This document shows, in pieces, positions 15,795-23,458 of a stretch of 24,105 nucleotides of DNA. How positions within the stretch are numbered: the stretch's first letter is position 1; every line of letters begins with the position of its first letter. The notes beneath the pieces were generated by a model, which saw only the letters and a program-made list of their open reading frames with translations, did not search any database and was not told the origin of the DNA. The DNA is from a virus (lineage: Duplodnaviria; Caudoviricetes). The stretch covers positions 1-24,105 of IMG/VR virus record IMGVR_UViG_3300035109_000009, one strand, 5' to 3'. Position numbers and translations under genes: made by a program.

Positions 15795-16949
15795 CTAGCT
15801 GGTCTGCTCTGCAGCCAACATGGACTCAATTCTCTTCGCGTGGTGCCGTATCAGCTCTTCGTCTGATAGACGACCCGCGGCGGAAGCCTCGGAGGTCCGG
15901 GTTTGAGAGATTGCGGGCCTGCGGCCCTTCCTCACGCCATTGCGGCTGGCGGTGCCTTCCCTGTCCGCGCCATTGCGGCTGGCGGTGCCGTTCTCGCCGT
16001 TACGGCCGGCGGTGCCGTTTGGCTTCTGGAAAGAAGCCGCAATCTTTTTGACGAGCGCCGAGTCTTTATTGCGCTCGAAGTAGTCTTGCCACTGCTGGAC
16101 GTCTTGGTGAACTAATTTGAGCCAACCTTCGGCCGCGTCGCGGTTTGGCAGGACTTCACCGCCAGTGGACTGATAGTGCCTGGCGATGTGTTGATAGATG
16201 TCGTTCTTGATATTTGGGCGGACGTCAAGGAGGTCGGCCAGCGCTTGATCTATATCCTCGGAGAGGTCTTCCTCTATTTGATTGAGGTAGGCCCCCTCTT
16301 GCTGAGCGCGCTGTTGCTGCTGATACCGTTGCTGCGCCTCGTGCTGTTGCCTTGCTTGCTGCGCCTTCTGCTGCTCCATCTCCTGACGGAGCTTGCGGGT
16401 CTCACGGTAGGCGGGATTGGCCGCGCTCTTGAGCGCTTCTTGCTGCAGGTCGTCCCACGATTTGACGGTGTCGATACCGGCGTAGGCGGCGAGAGCCTTT
16501 GCGATGCCCTCGAAGTCGCCGGCCTCGACGGCCATAGCGGCTTCGTGCAACGGACGGAGCTTCGCGATTGCTCCTTGGATCTGCTGCTCCTTCTGGGCGT
16601 AGGTCGCCTCGAGGGCTTTCGCTTTCTTCGAGAAGGTTTCGCGAAGCTTGGCGCGTTCGTGGATAACCGCCTCGCCGACAGAGCGACCAGCGGCCTCCTG
16701 CTCGTCGCCCTCTTCGGTCTCCGGCTCGGGCTCTTCCTTCGCCTTCGCCGCGGCAGGCTTCTCCTTGGCCTTCGCCGCCCCTTCCTTGCCCTCGGCAGCA
16801 GCAGGGGCGGCTTCGGTACCCTCGGAAGGCGCTGCGCCTTCCTGGGCCCCTTCCGGGGCAGCAGAAGCACCACCGTCGGCGGGCTGTGCGTCGAAACCAG
16901 GGGCTGCTTGCTGTGCAGCGGCTAGGGCTGCTGCGAAACTGGGGTCCAC
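15795..16949 (-). CDS. Capsid scaffolding protein, about 384 aa
   Basis: Acidic Ala/Glu/Pro-rich N-terminus, long coiled coil and short C-terminal helix (LSDEELIRHHAKRIE), located between portal and capsid. Start re-assigned to GTG 16949 to avoid overlap with the portal gene. Confidence 0.8.
   Translation of the reverse strand: MDPSFAAALAAAQQAAPGFDAQPADGGASAAPEGAQEGAAPSEGTEAAPAAAEGKEGAAKAKEKPAAAKAKEEPEPETEEGDEQEAAGRSVGEAVIHERAKLRETFSKKAKALEATYAQKEQQIQGAIAKLRPLHEAAMAVEAGDFEGIAKALAAYAGIDTVKSWDDLQQEALKSAANPAYRETRKLRQEMEQQKAQQARQQHEAQQRYQQQQRAQQEGAYLNQIEEDLSEDIDQALADLLDVRPNIKNDIYQHIARHYQSTGGEVLPNRDAAEGWLKLVHQDVQQWQDYFERNKDSALVKKIAASFQKPNGTAGRNGENGTASRNGADREGTASRNGVRKGRRPAISQTRTSEASAAGRLSDEELIRHHAKRIESMLAAEQTS
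15935..16016. repeat. Three direct repeats of a 22-bp unit (CGCCATTGCGGCTGGCGGTGCC, two exact and one degenerate) encoding GTA(S/G)RNG in the scaffold
   Basis: Copies start at 15935, 15968 and 15995. Confidence 0.8.
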
Positions 16950-16986
16950 TGGGAACCCCGAGGCATAAAAGATTGAAAGGCCGAGC

Positions 16987-18906
16987 TTAGGCGGCTTGAC
17001 CGCGAAGCACGGTGGTTGCTGGCGGTGTTGCTCCGGCGGGAAGCGCGCCTGGTGCTTCAGGTGATGGCGGAGGAGCGGAGAGGGCCTTAATCTGCTTGTC
17101 GAGCTCGGAGATCCAACGCTCCAAGAGCTCCAGGCAGAAGTCCGGTGCACGGTCGCGCTTCGCTTCCCAATACGTACTTACCGCGAGCCACATCGCCGCG
17201 TTCTTGTTAATGATGAACGCGGCCGGCGATTCATAGCCACCGAGCTTCTCGAGCTCATCGTCGTTTTCGGAATCGAGGAAGCGGTCGAACAGTTCCTCGA
17301 GGAACTCCCGCTCCGCCGTCTCCCGACTGAACATGGAGTCGAGGTCCGGCATGGGAATCATCTGCAGGAACGTTTCCCGATTGATGATTCCCGCCTGGTG
17401 CAGCTCTTGGGCGGTCTGCATCACGGCCGCGGGCTCCCGCGAGAACATCGACACCGACGGGACCCGAATGTCGTAAAGGTCCTCATCGAGCGAGACGTCC
17501 TTCCAGTTCAGCTTCGACAAGAAGCGCTTGCCGGGCCAGTTCACTAAGTAGCCGCCCTCATCATCGGCGATGGTCGCGGCGGCCCTCACGAACAGCTTGC
17601 CGGCGGTAGCGAAGCACTGCTCATAGCGGCGCGCTTTCGGCGTGAACCTCACCGCACCAATGTCGTTCATCGTCCGGAGAGCGACGCCGGAGTTCAACCC
17701 AGGTTCCTTCTGTGATGATGCGGACATCTGCGAGACGCCCGACATCGCGTAGAACTTGCTCTCTCCAGTCTCCACCCACTGGAACTCTTCTCCCGTGGCG
17801 GGCGGCGTCTCCGTCTCCACGGGTATGAGCTCCCTAGACTTCACCGGAATGATGATTTCCGGCATTCCGCCCTCCTCCATGTGGGAGATTTCGACACCGC
17901 CCTCAGGGACGTAGGTGCGTTTGGTGGAGCAAATACGGATTCGGTTCTTCAGGCGGTTAGCTGATTCGTTGACCTCGACGTGCTGCGCGCCATGAGCCGA
18001 ACCAATCCCCTGGCTCCAGAAGGAACCGGTCTTCTTCTCCCACCAAATATGAATGAACGGGAAGCTGTCCCACTCCCAATCCTCTTCGAACAGGACGACG
18101 TTCTCGACGCAGATGACGTGCTTGCCGGGCGTATCTTTCGAGAATGGTAAACGCCAAGCCTCGCGGATCTTCAGCTGCTCGACGACGCGGGTGATCGGCA
18201 AGTTCATCCATGGCTTGCCCGCCGCGAGAATGCCGTTATATTTATCCCAATTATCGGCATCGACTGGGTCGCCGTTGTCGTCGAATTCGACGAACATCTC
18301 GATGACCTTGTCGACCTCCATCGGGTAGATGTGGAAGAGGTTCTGAGGGCAGCCATACTTGCCCTCAACAGGATCAACGAAGAGCTCCCAGGCGTTGACC
18401 TTCTCGCCGTAAACCCGGCGGTGCTCTTGGTCGGCGATAATCTTGACGAATCCGTCGCCAATCTTGGAAGCGTCGTGGAAGCCTTCCTCCATGAGCTCCC
18501 AGAAGTTGGCGTAGATGCCCATCGCCTGGCACATCTGACCTTCCACGAACTTGTCGAGCTTCTTCGCCCGCCGACGCGCTCGCCACTCGCCTCCCGACGT
18601 CACGAACATCGGCTTGGGTTTCTGTCGCCCCGCAATGTCCGCCTTCACCGTCTCGCAGGCGGAACGCACCAAAGGCCGGAGAGGCGGCAGAAAGTCCATC
18701 CCCGCGTCTTGATATTGGATAAAGCCGTCGCCCGAGAGTGTGACCGGCTGCCCCTCATAGAGGGTTAGGTCCTGCATGTACTGCGCTCGCCGGGGGCCGT
18801 CGAACTGCTCCAAGGAATCGCAGATATTGCAAACTTGACCGGCGAGATCTCTACCGGTCTGCTTCCACCATCGGTTCTGTAGCTGCTTCACTTTACTTCG
18901 CAGCAC
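16987..18906 (-). CDS. Portal protein, 639 aa
   Basis: Directly follows the terminase large subunit. Contains RRRAKKLDKFVEG, GDGFVKI, FPF..IWW...GSFWSQGI and SGVSQMS...GLNSGVALR motifs typical of P22-like podovirus portals. Confidence 0.88.
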   Translation of the reverse strand: MLRSKVKQLQNRWWKQTGRDLAGQVCNICDSLEQFDGPRRAQYMQDLTLYEGQPVTLSGDGFIQYQDAGMDFLPPLRPLVRSACETVKADIAGRQKPKPMFVTSGGEWRARRRAKKLDKFVEGQMCQAMGIYANFWELMEEGFHDASKIGDGFVKIIADQEHRRVYGEKVNAWELFVDPVEGKYGCPQNLFHIYPMEVDKVIEMFVEFDDNGDPVDADNWDKYNGILAAGKPWMNLPITRVVEQLKIREAWRLPFSKDTPGKHVICVENVVLFEEDWEWDSFPFIHIWWEKKTGSFWSQGIGSAHGAQHVEVNESANRLKNRIRICSTKRTYVPEGGVEISHMEEGGMPEIIIPVKSRELIPVETETPPATGEEFQWVETGESKFYAMSGVSQMSASSQKEPGLNSGVALRTMNDIGAVRFTPKARRYEQCFATAGKLFVRAAATIADDEGGYLVNWPGKRFLSKLNWKDVSLDEDLYDIRVPSVSMFSREPAAVMQTAQELHQAGIINRETFLQMIPMPDLDSMFSRETAEREFLEELFDRFLDSENDDELEKLGGYESPAAFIINKNAAMWLAVSTYWEAKRDRAPDFCLELLERWISELDKQIKALSAPPPSPEAPGALPAGATPPATTVLRGQAA

Positions 18907-18920
18907 GGGCCAGTAGAAGG

Positions 18921-20510
18921 TTAGAGCCCTTGCCAGGAGCCGCGCTGCATTCGCCTGGCTCGCTTCGCCGCTTCTGCCTTAAATCTCGCCGCCTCCTGGC
19001 GGGCGGCTTCCTCCGCCGTTGGCGGCTCCGGCTTCGGCAGCCACAGTGCCTGCGAGAGGCACAGGGCCAAAGCCGCCGCGTAGTCGGCGTGTCTCCCGTC
19101 CGCGCCCTCGGGGAGGTGGATATACATGGATTGCTGCGTGACAATCTTCCGAATGGACGCCAAGTCCCGCAGAAGCACAGGATTCGGCGGGAGCTCCAGA
19201 GATTTATCAACCACTCGCTTCTTGGCGACCATGAAGAGGTCGTATTTCTGCTCCCGGGTCAGGTTCTTCTCAATGAGAACTAGCCCGCATTCAATCGCCA
19301 TGTCTTTGAGCGGGTCGTAACCCCATTGGTCCGTGAGAACCGTCGTCACGCCGTAGGGCTTGAGCAGTGCTGCCATCTCCGTGAAGACCTGCCGGGAATT
19401 CAGAGGCTTGGTCTTGGAACCCACCCACTGCCTACTGAGTGCAACGGAGTACGTCTCGCGCCCCTCGACGTTCCCGATATTTGTAGTGACGATCAAAGCC
19501 CAGCCGTTTCCCCTGGTCGCAGGGTCCATCGCCGCGCAGTAGGAATGCCGGTCCGACGCTGGGAGCTGAAGCGGCTCTATTCGAGCGACGTCCTGGAGCT
19601 CGTCGAGGTGAAAGAGCCCCGCCTCAGCGTCACGGAAGAGACATTCCACGTTCGTCGCGTAAGCGTCAGGGTCTTTACGCTTCTCGTCCTCGCACCTTTC
19701 CGGCGTCCACCAGGACGGGTTCATGCGCCAAGCGGGGGCCCTTACGACCACTCGCTCTCGTGTGGGATGGCCGAAGTGAGCCTCCACGAGGTCAAACACA
19801 GGGCCAAAGGGCGCCCATGGCGACCCAATCATCTGGATCTGTGCACCCGGGAGCATTCGACCCCGCATCTCCTTGATGGAGTCATCAATATTGACAACCC
19901 CGTCTTCACTCCCGAGCATCTTGGGCGCCTCGTCGAAGATGATTCCAGCGCTCCAGCGGGAGCCGACAGAGCCGGCAGCGCGAGAGCCCGCCACCACTCG
20001 GATTTCAATCCCAACCCCCGAGGGATGGCGCAGGATGAGCGCGTCGGCCGTGGGCTCCCTCATCAATAGAGCCCGGAGCCGCGGCGAGCGCTCAACTCCA
20101 CCCCGAATGTGATCCCACGTCGCTTTAGCGGTGTCGAGATTGAAGCTAAGGACTGAAACCCGGGGGATTGGCTCCCCTTCCTGCCACGGGGACACGTCGC
20201 AGGTCAGGGCGGCACGAACGGCGCACGCAGCAGCCGTTTTACTCTTGCCGCATCGAATCCCTGACAGGAGGCAAAAGACCTCCGGACGCACGCTCGGGAG
20301 GGCGGCGAGCGCGTCAGGCCCCCCGAAGGAGGCGAAGACGTCATGGTCATCGGCAAGAGCACCGAGCGGAAGACCATCAAGAACGCGGCAAATCGCCCGC
20401 TGGAGCGGGCTCGCCGTGACTAGACCGAAATACTCTGGAGAGGTGAGGACTTCTTCAAGGGTGAGCTTCGAAGGCCTCTGTCTTGGACGGAAGAGCGAGA
20501 GATCAACCAA
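18921..20510 (-). CDS. terL: Terminase large subunit, 529 aa
   Basis: Walker A-like SGIRCGKS, Walker B GIIFDEA, coupling motif IGSP, RNase H-like nuclease AAMDPA, TDQWG and C-terminal HADYAAA. TTG start preceded by GAGG. Confidence 0.93.
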   Translation of the reverse strand: MVDLSLFRPRQRPSKLTLEEVLTSPEYFGLVTASPLQRAICRVLDGLPLGALADDHDVFASFGGPDALAALPSVRPEVFCLLSGIRCGKSKTAAACAVRAALTCDVSPWQEGEPIPRVSVLSFNLDTAKATWDHIRGGVERSPRLRALLMREPTADALILRHPSGVGIEIRVVAGSRAAGSVGSRWSAGIIFDEAPKMLGSEDGVVNIDDSIKEMRGRMLPGAQIQMIGSPWAPFGPVFDLVEAHFGHPTRERVVVRAPAWRMNPSWWTPERCEDEKRKDPDAYATNVECLFRDAEAGLFHLDELQDVARIEPLQLPASDRHSYCAAMDPATRGNGWALIVTTNIGNVEGRETYSVALSRQWVGSKTKPLNSRQVFTEMAALLKPYGVTTVLTDQWGYDPLKDMAIECGLVLIEKNLTREQKYDLFMVAKKRVVDKSLELPPNPVLLRDLASIRKIVTQQSMYIHLPEGADGRHADYAAALALCLSQALWLPKPEPPTAEEAARQEAARFKAEAAKRARRMQRGSWQGL

Positions 20511-20534
20511 CCAACCTCACCGGCAATCGGAACC

Positions 20535-21044
20535 TCAACAGTATGCACGTAGGTTGTGCAGTAAAGATTCGTCCGTCTTCACTTCGAGGCCATCCACGCA
20601 GGACCGGCGGGCATCAGCAACCCTTCCAAGCCTGGCGTAACCCACGTTGAGATACCGCGAGACCTCATGAATGATGTCCCGCCGACCAAGGACTTCGACT
20701 TGACCCACCGGAGGCGTAGCTAATGCCCGCTCGAACCAGTGAACGGACCGAGCAAACCAGGCGATATCCCGGCCTCCGGCTTCCCCCAAAGCAATAAAGT
20801 AATTACAACGACCGAGCTCGACGTACGGACGACACCACTCCGGCCGTATGAGCATGGCCTTAGCAGCCCAATCGAGTCCCGCATGATAGTCCCCGATGGT
20901 CCTGTAGACCTCGGCAACGTGGAGCGAGGCGTTTGCCCGTTCTTCCTCGGACGAAGAACGGGCAATCCCGCGACGCAGGACGTCTATAGCGGCACCAGGA
21001 GCGCCGGCCTCCAAGGCCCGCCGAGCGTCGTCGATGAAGCTCAC
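20535..21044 (-). CDS. Stand-alone tetratricopeptide-repeat (TPR) protein, 169 aa
   Basis: TPR-like units AEVYRTIGDYHAGLDWAAKAMLIRP, PYVELGRCNY...SVHWFERAL and LNVGYARLGRVADA. Confidence 0.75.
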   Translation of the reverse strand: MSFIDDARRALEAGAPGAAIDVLRRGIARSSSEEERANASLHVAEVYRTIGDYHAGLDWAAKAMLIRPEWCRPYVELGRCNYFIALGEAGGRDIAWFARSVHWFERALATPPVGQVEVLGRRDIIHEVSRYLNVGYARLGRVADARRSCVDGLEVKTDESLLHNLRAYC

Positions 21045-21361
21045 GGCTTGAGGGTACCCTCCACGTCGCGCGCCTCACGGTCCGCCGTCCGCTTGTTGAG
21101 CCACAGGAGAGCGGTCTCCAGGTGAGTGAGGGCGATGGCGTTTTCTCGGCAGGCAAATTTCGAGGCCTGATAATATGCGATTCGTTGGATGGCAGCTTGG
21201 ATGACTCCATCGACAAATGCACCATTCGGCGCCTTACGATCAGCGCCTCGGCCAAGCGGGCCTTCTTGCCAGACGATGGAAATGCCCGTCCCATGCACCA
21301 CGCCACCCGCGGGATTGCCATCGGAGTCGTTCAAATTCTTACATTCGAGCTTTTGGTTCAT
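21041..21361 (-). CDS. tad1: Tad1-family (Thoeris anti-defence 1) immune-signal sponge protein, 106 aa
   Basis: ISIVWQEGP...NGAFVDGVI...IQRIAYYQASKFACRENAIALTHLETALLWLNKRTADREARDVEGT matches the Tad1 pattern as recalled: I-x-FQ-x-G...G...dll..v.DRL..FQ.g.F..RENa.AlTh.EeAl.W...R..DR..R.V.GT. Confidence 0.88.
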   Translation of the reverse strand: MNQKLECKNLNDSDGNPAGGVVHGTGISIVWQEGPLGRGADRKAPNGAFVDGVIQAAIQRIAYYQASKFACRENAIALTHLETALLWLNKRTADREARDVEGTLKP

Positions 21362-21681
21362 TTCTCTTCCTTATCTATCTTGTCGAGTGCCCTCCAGCGG
21401 GCTTCCTGGAAATCGTCAAAGGTTGGAGGAACTCCCTTGCGCATCGCCCGGAGCACCAACGCCAGCTCTTCACAGGCCGCCGCGTAGCCCTTTCGAAACG
21501 CTTCGTTGGGGTCGTCCTGCGCTCGCAGACGGTATTGCTCACCAGCCACGCGGGCGGCGAGCTCGAGCCCGTCCCTAGCCTCTTGCAGTTGCGCATCCAC
21601 CATCTCCCCCGGCGACGGTCCTGAAGGCAAGGACACCGCGTGTCCGTTCCGTCGCATGGCATCTAAGATTGTCCTGGTCAT
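21358..21681 (-). CDS. Hypothetical helical protein, 107 aa
   Basis: ATGA overlaps at both ends. No recognised family. Confidence 0.75.
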   Translation of the reverse strand: MTRTILDAMRRNGHAVSLPSGPSPGEMVDAQLQEARDGLELAARVAGEQYRLRAQDDPNEAFRKGYAAACEELALVLRAMRKGVPPTFDDFQEARWRALDKIDKEEK

Positions 21682-22061
21682 TCTCCGTCACTCCCTTTGC
21701 GTCGGCGTCGGATCTCCTCCAGTCGGATCTCCTCCTGCATCGCCGCGATATATGGGTGGAACGCCTTGCTGCACGACTCGCGGAGGGAATCCACGTCCAA
21801 TCTTTGTATCCAACTCGGGACCAGGGCCCATTGCTGGTCAATCATTGCTGGAAGCACCCATATACGATCTAGTCCTCCAAACGCCGTTGCGAGACCCACC
21901 AACGGTCTATCCAATGGTCTCCCGTACACATAGTTCACGAATAAATACGGCGTTAGTATCCAATCCGGATTTTGAATACCGAGCTCCTGCGCGATAGTAA
22001 ACACGGCATGCCCGTACCTATTTAGCGCGTCTTCAAGACCTTTAAATAGCTCCATCATCAT
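21678..22061 (-). CDS. Hypothetical protein, about 127 aa
   Basis: Start re-assigned to the ATG-ATG-ATG at 22061 after GGAGG, overlapping the stop of the 38-aa ORF. Sequence MMMELFKGLEDALNRYG...RRRRKGSDGE. Confidence 0.75.
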   Translation of the reverse strand: MMMELFKGLEDALNRYGHAVFTIAQELGIQNPDWILTPYLFVNYVYGRPLDRPLVGLATAFGGLDRIWVLPAMIDQQWALVPSWIQRLDVDSLRESCSKAFHPYIAAMQEEIRLEEIRRRRKGSDGE

Positions 22062-22174
22062 TCCTCCATCGTCTCGTGGATAATTCGCTCGCCCTCGAGG
22101 CGGCGCAGGAACCAGCGCGACTGGACGAACACCGCAACGCAAACAGCAAGGCCGGTACCGATAAAGACTGTCAT
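22058..22174 (-). CDS. Small single-pass membrane peptide, 38 aa (absent from the ORF track)
   Basis: MTVFIGTGLAVCVAVFVQSRWFLRRLEGERIIHETMEE*. ATGA overlaps with both neighbours exactly fill the apparent gap. Hydrophobic N-terminus is followed by Arg residues. Confidence 0.7.
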   Translation of the reverse strand: MTVFIGTGLAVCVAVFVQSRWFLRRLEGERIIHETMEE

Positions 22175-22569
22175 TCCTCGTCCTCCTCGACGATGGCCAG
22201 GATGTTGAACTCTCGGATGATGCGGCATTCAATATTGTCGTCACCCCATATCGGATTGCCTTGGTAGTGATGGTCCACGATGACGCGGGTCCCACGCTGA
22301 AGGTCGGGGTTCATCTTCACGAACATCGATGACCCATCCTGGGAATGACCGCGCTCTTGGTCGTACCACTTGTCATGCCAATGGCCGGGGCCAGTCGAGA
22401 GGACGGTAGCCAGGACTCCCTCATTGCTTGCTACAGCGTTCCGGCTCTTCGGCAGGACAATTCCACCCTTGGAAATCTCCTCCGGGTGCCGCGCTCGTGC
22501 ATGCAGGTCCATACAGACGAGCACGTTGTCGTCCATGAGCCGGAGGTGTTCAAGATCAGTGAGGTTCAC
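22171..22569 (-). CDS. groES: GroES/Cpn10-like co-chaperonin, 132 aa
   Basis: LRLMDDNVLV, mobile loop EEISKGGIVLP, ATVLSTGPG, GTRVIV...YQG and IIREFNILAIVEE follow the Cpn10 signature. Confidence 0.88.
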   Translation of the reverse strand: MNLTDLEHLRLMDDNVLVCMDLHARARHPEEISKGGIVLPKSRNAVASNEGVLATVLSTGPGHWHDKWYDQERGHSQDGSSMFVKMNPDLQRGTRVIVDHHYQGNPIWGDDNIECRIIREFNILAIVEEDEE

Positions 22570-22874
22570 TTCTTCGGCTTCGCTTTCTTCGCCTCACTAG
22601 TGAGTGGCGGGGTTGGCGCTGGCGCTGGCGCTGGCGCTGGTTGCGGGGTTGGCGCTGGCGCTGGTTGCGGGATTGGCACTTGGGTTTCAATCAGGCCATA
22701 GCCAGCGTTCATGATTAGGATGCTCGGGCGTCCCCCGCGGTGAATGAGGATGGACCCCGTGTCCGTCTCTTCGAGAGAAAGAACGCCATTACTCCCCACG
22801 GTGAATGATGCCGTTGGACTCTCGCCAGGGATGTCTAACGTTATTTGGGAACGGAAATGACGGATCACCCTCAT
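22566..22874 (-). CDS. Hypothetical protein, 102 aa, with Pro-Ala linker and basic tail
   Basis: Small beta domain followed by PQPAPAPTPQPAPAPAPAPTPP and AKKAKPKK. 4-nt overlaps at both ends. Confidence 0.7.
   Translation of the reverse strand: MRVIRHFRSQITLDIPGESPTASFTVGSNGVLSLEETDTGSILIHRGGRPSILIMNAGYGLIETQVPIPQPAPAPTPQPAPAPAPAPTPPLTSEAKKAKPKK
22606..22677. repeat. GGCGCT-based in-frame tandem repeat encoding (PA)n linker
   Basis: Directly visible in sequence. Confidence 0.8.
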
Positions 22875-23404
22875 TCTTCAAGGTCCTTCTTCGCCGCGAA
22901 CAGAAGACGATAAATGGTCTTCTTCGCGATGCGCATCGCCTCTAACAGCTCGTCATCGGGGTCCTCGAGAGACTGCACCAAATAGGCGATTGTCTCTGCG
23001 CGGCTCTTCACGGACCCCGGCGGTGGATCCAACACCCCAACCATCTTCGCCGCGTTGATTAACGCAGGAACTCGGTCGGGTTTGTCTTCGGCGCTAATTT
23101 CATGCAAGCGTTGCAACACCCGCCTGCGCACCGCTTCAGGCTCTTGGATTAGCCGCAGGAACTTCGCAGCATCAATCGCGTATCTCTCAGCTGCGTTCTT
23201 AGAGATTCCCCACTTCTTCGCGTATATCTTGACCGTCTTACCGCGCACGAACTCTTTGGCTACCATCAAATCGATGAAGACCTTCGTGCGCTGATCTGCG
23301 ATGCGAGGTCTATCGAACTCGTCAGGGTCGCTCGCCTCAATATCGGCGGAGTCCACGCGCAGTATGTCGGTTCCCGTAACGGTCGCCATCAAGGTCACCG
23401 TCAC
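22871..23404 (-). CDS. Probable terminase small subunit (HTH plus helical oligomerisation region), up to 177 aa
   Basis: HTH-like GKTVKIYAKKWGISKNAAERY, then helices ending ALINAAKMVG. It is the first gene of the coupled run leading to terL. The start may be the ATG of MATVTG. Confidence 0.55.
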   Translation of the reverse strand: MTVTLMATVTGTDILRVDSADIEASDPDEFDRPRIADQRTKVFIDLMVAKEFVRGKTVKIYAKKWGISKNAAERYAIDAAKFLRLIQEPEAVRRRVLQRLHEISAEDKPDRVPALINAAKMVGVLDPPPGSVKSRAETIAYLVQSLEDPDDELLEAMRIAKKTIYRLLFAAKKDLEE

Positions 23405-23428
23405 GGTCCATTAACAGCCTAACTACGT

Positions 23429-23458
23429 GTCCATCAGTCGTCCATCAGTCGTCCATCA
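23429..23458. repeat. 11-bp tandem repeat GTCCATCAGTC x2.7 upstream of the putative terS
   Basis: gtccatcagtc gtccatcagtc gtccatca. Confidence 0.85.

Noticed and set aside
15935-16016. Spaced direct repeats resembling a mini CRISPR array
   Set aside because: Spacers are only 11 and 5 nt, the repeats are in frame within the scaffold gene, and no cas genes are present.
16950-17150. Scaffold reading frame open upstream into the portal 3' end (possible portal-scaffold frameshift fusion)
   Set aside because: No slippery heptamer was identified, the extension is low complexity, and a GTG start at 16949 explains the gene.
1535-22701. Many long + strand ORFs (e.g. 1535..2323, 2608..3435, 5499..6503, 13026..13673, 16176..16925, 19326..20069)
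   Set aside because: They lie entirely opposite well-supported minus-strand genes, show no recognisable motifs and are expected in high-GC coding DNA.
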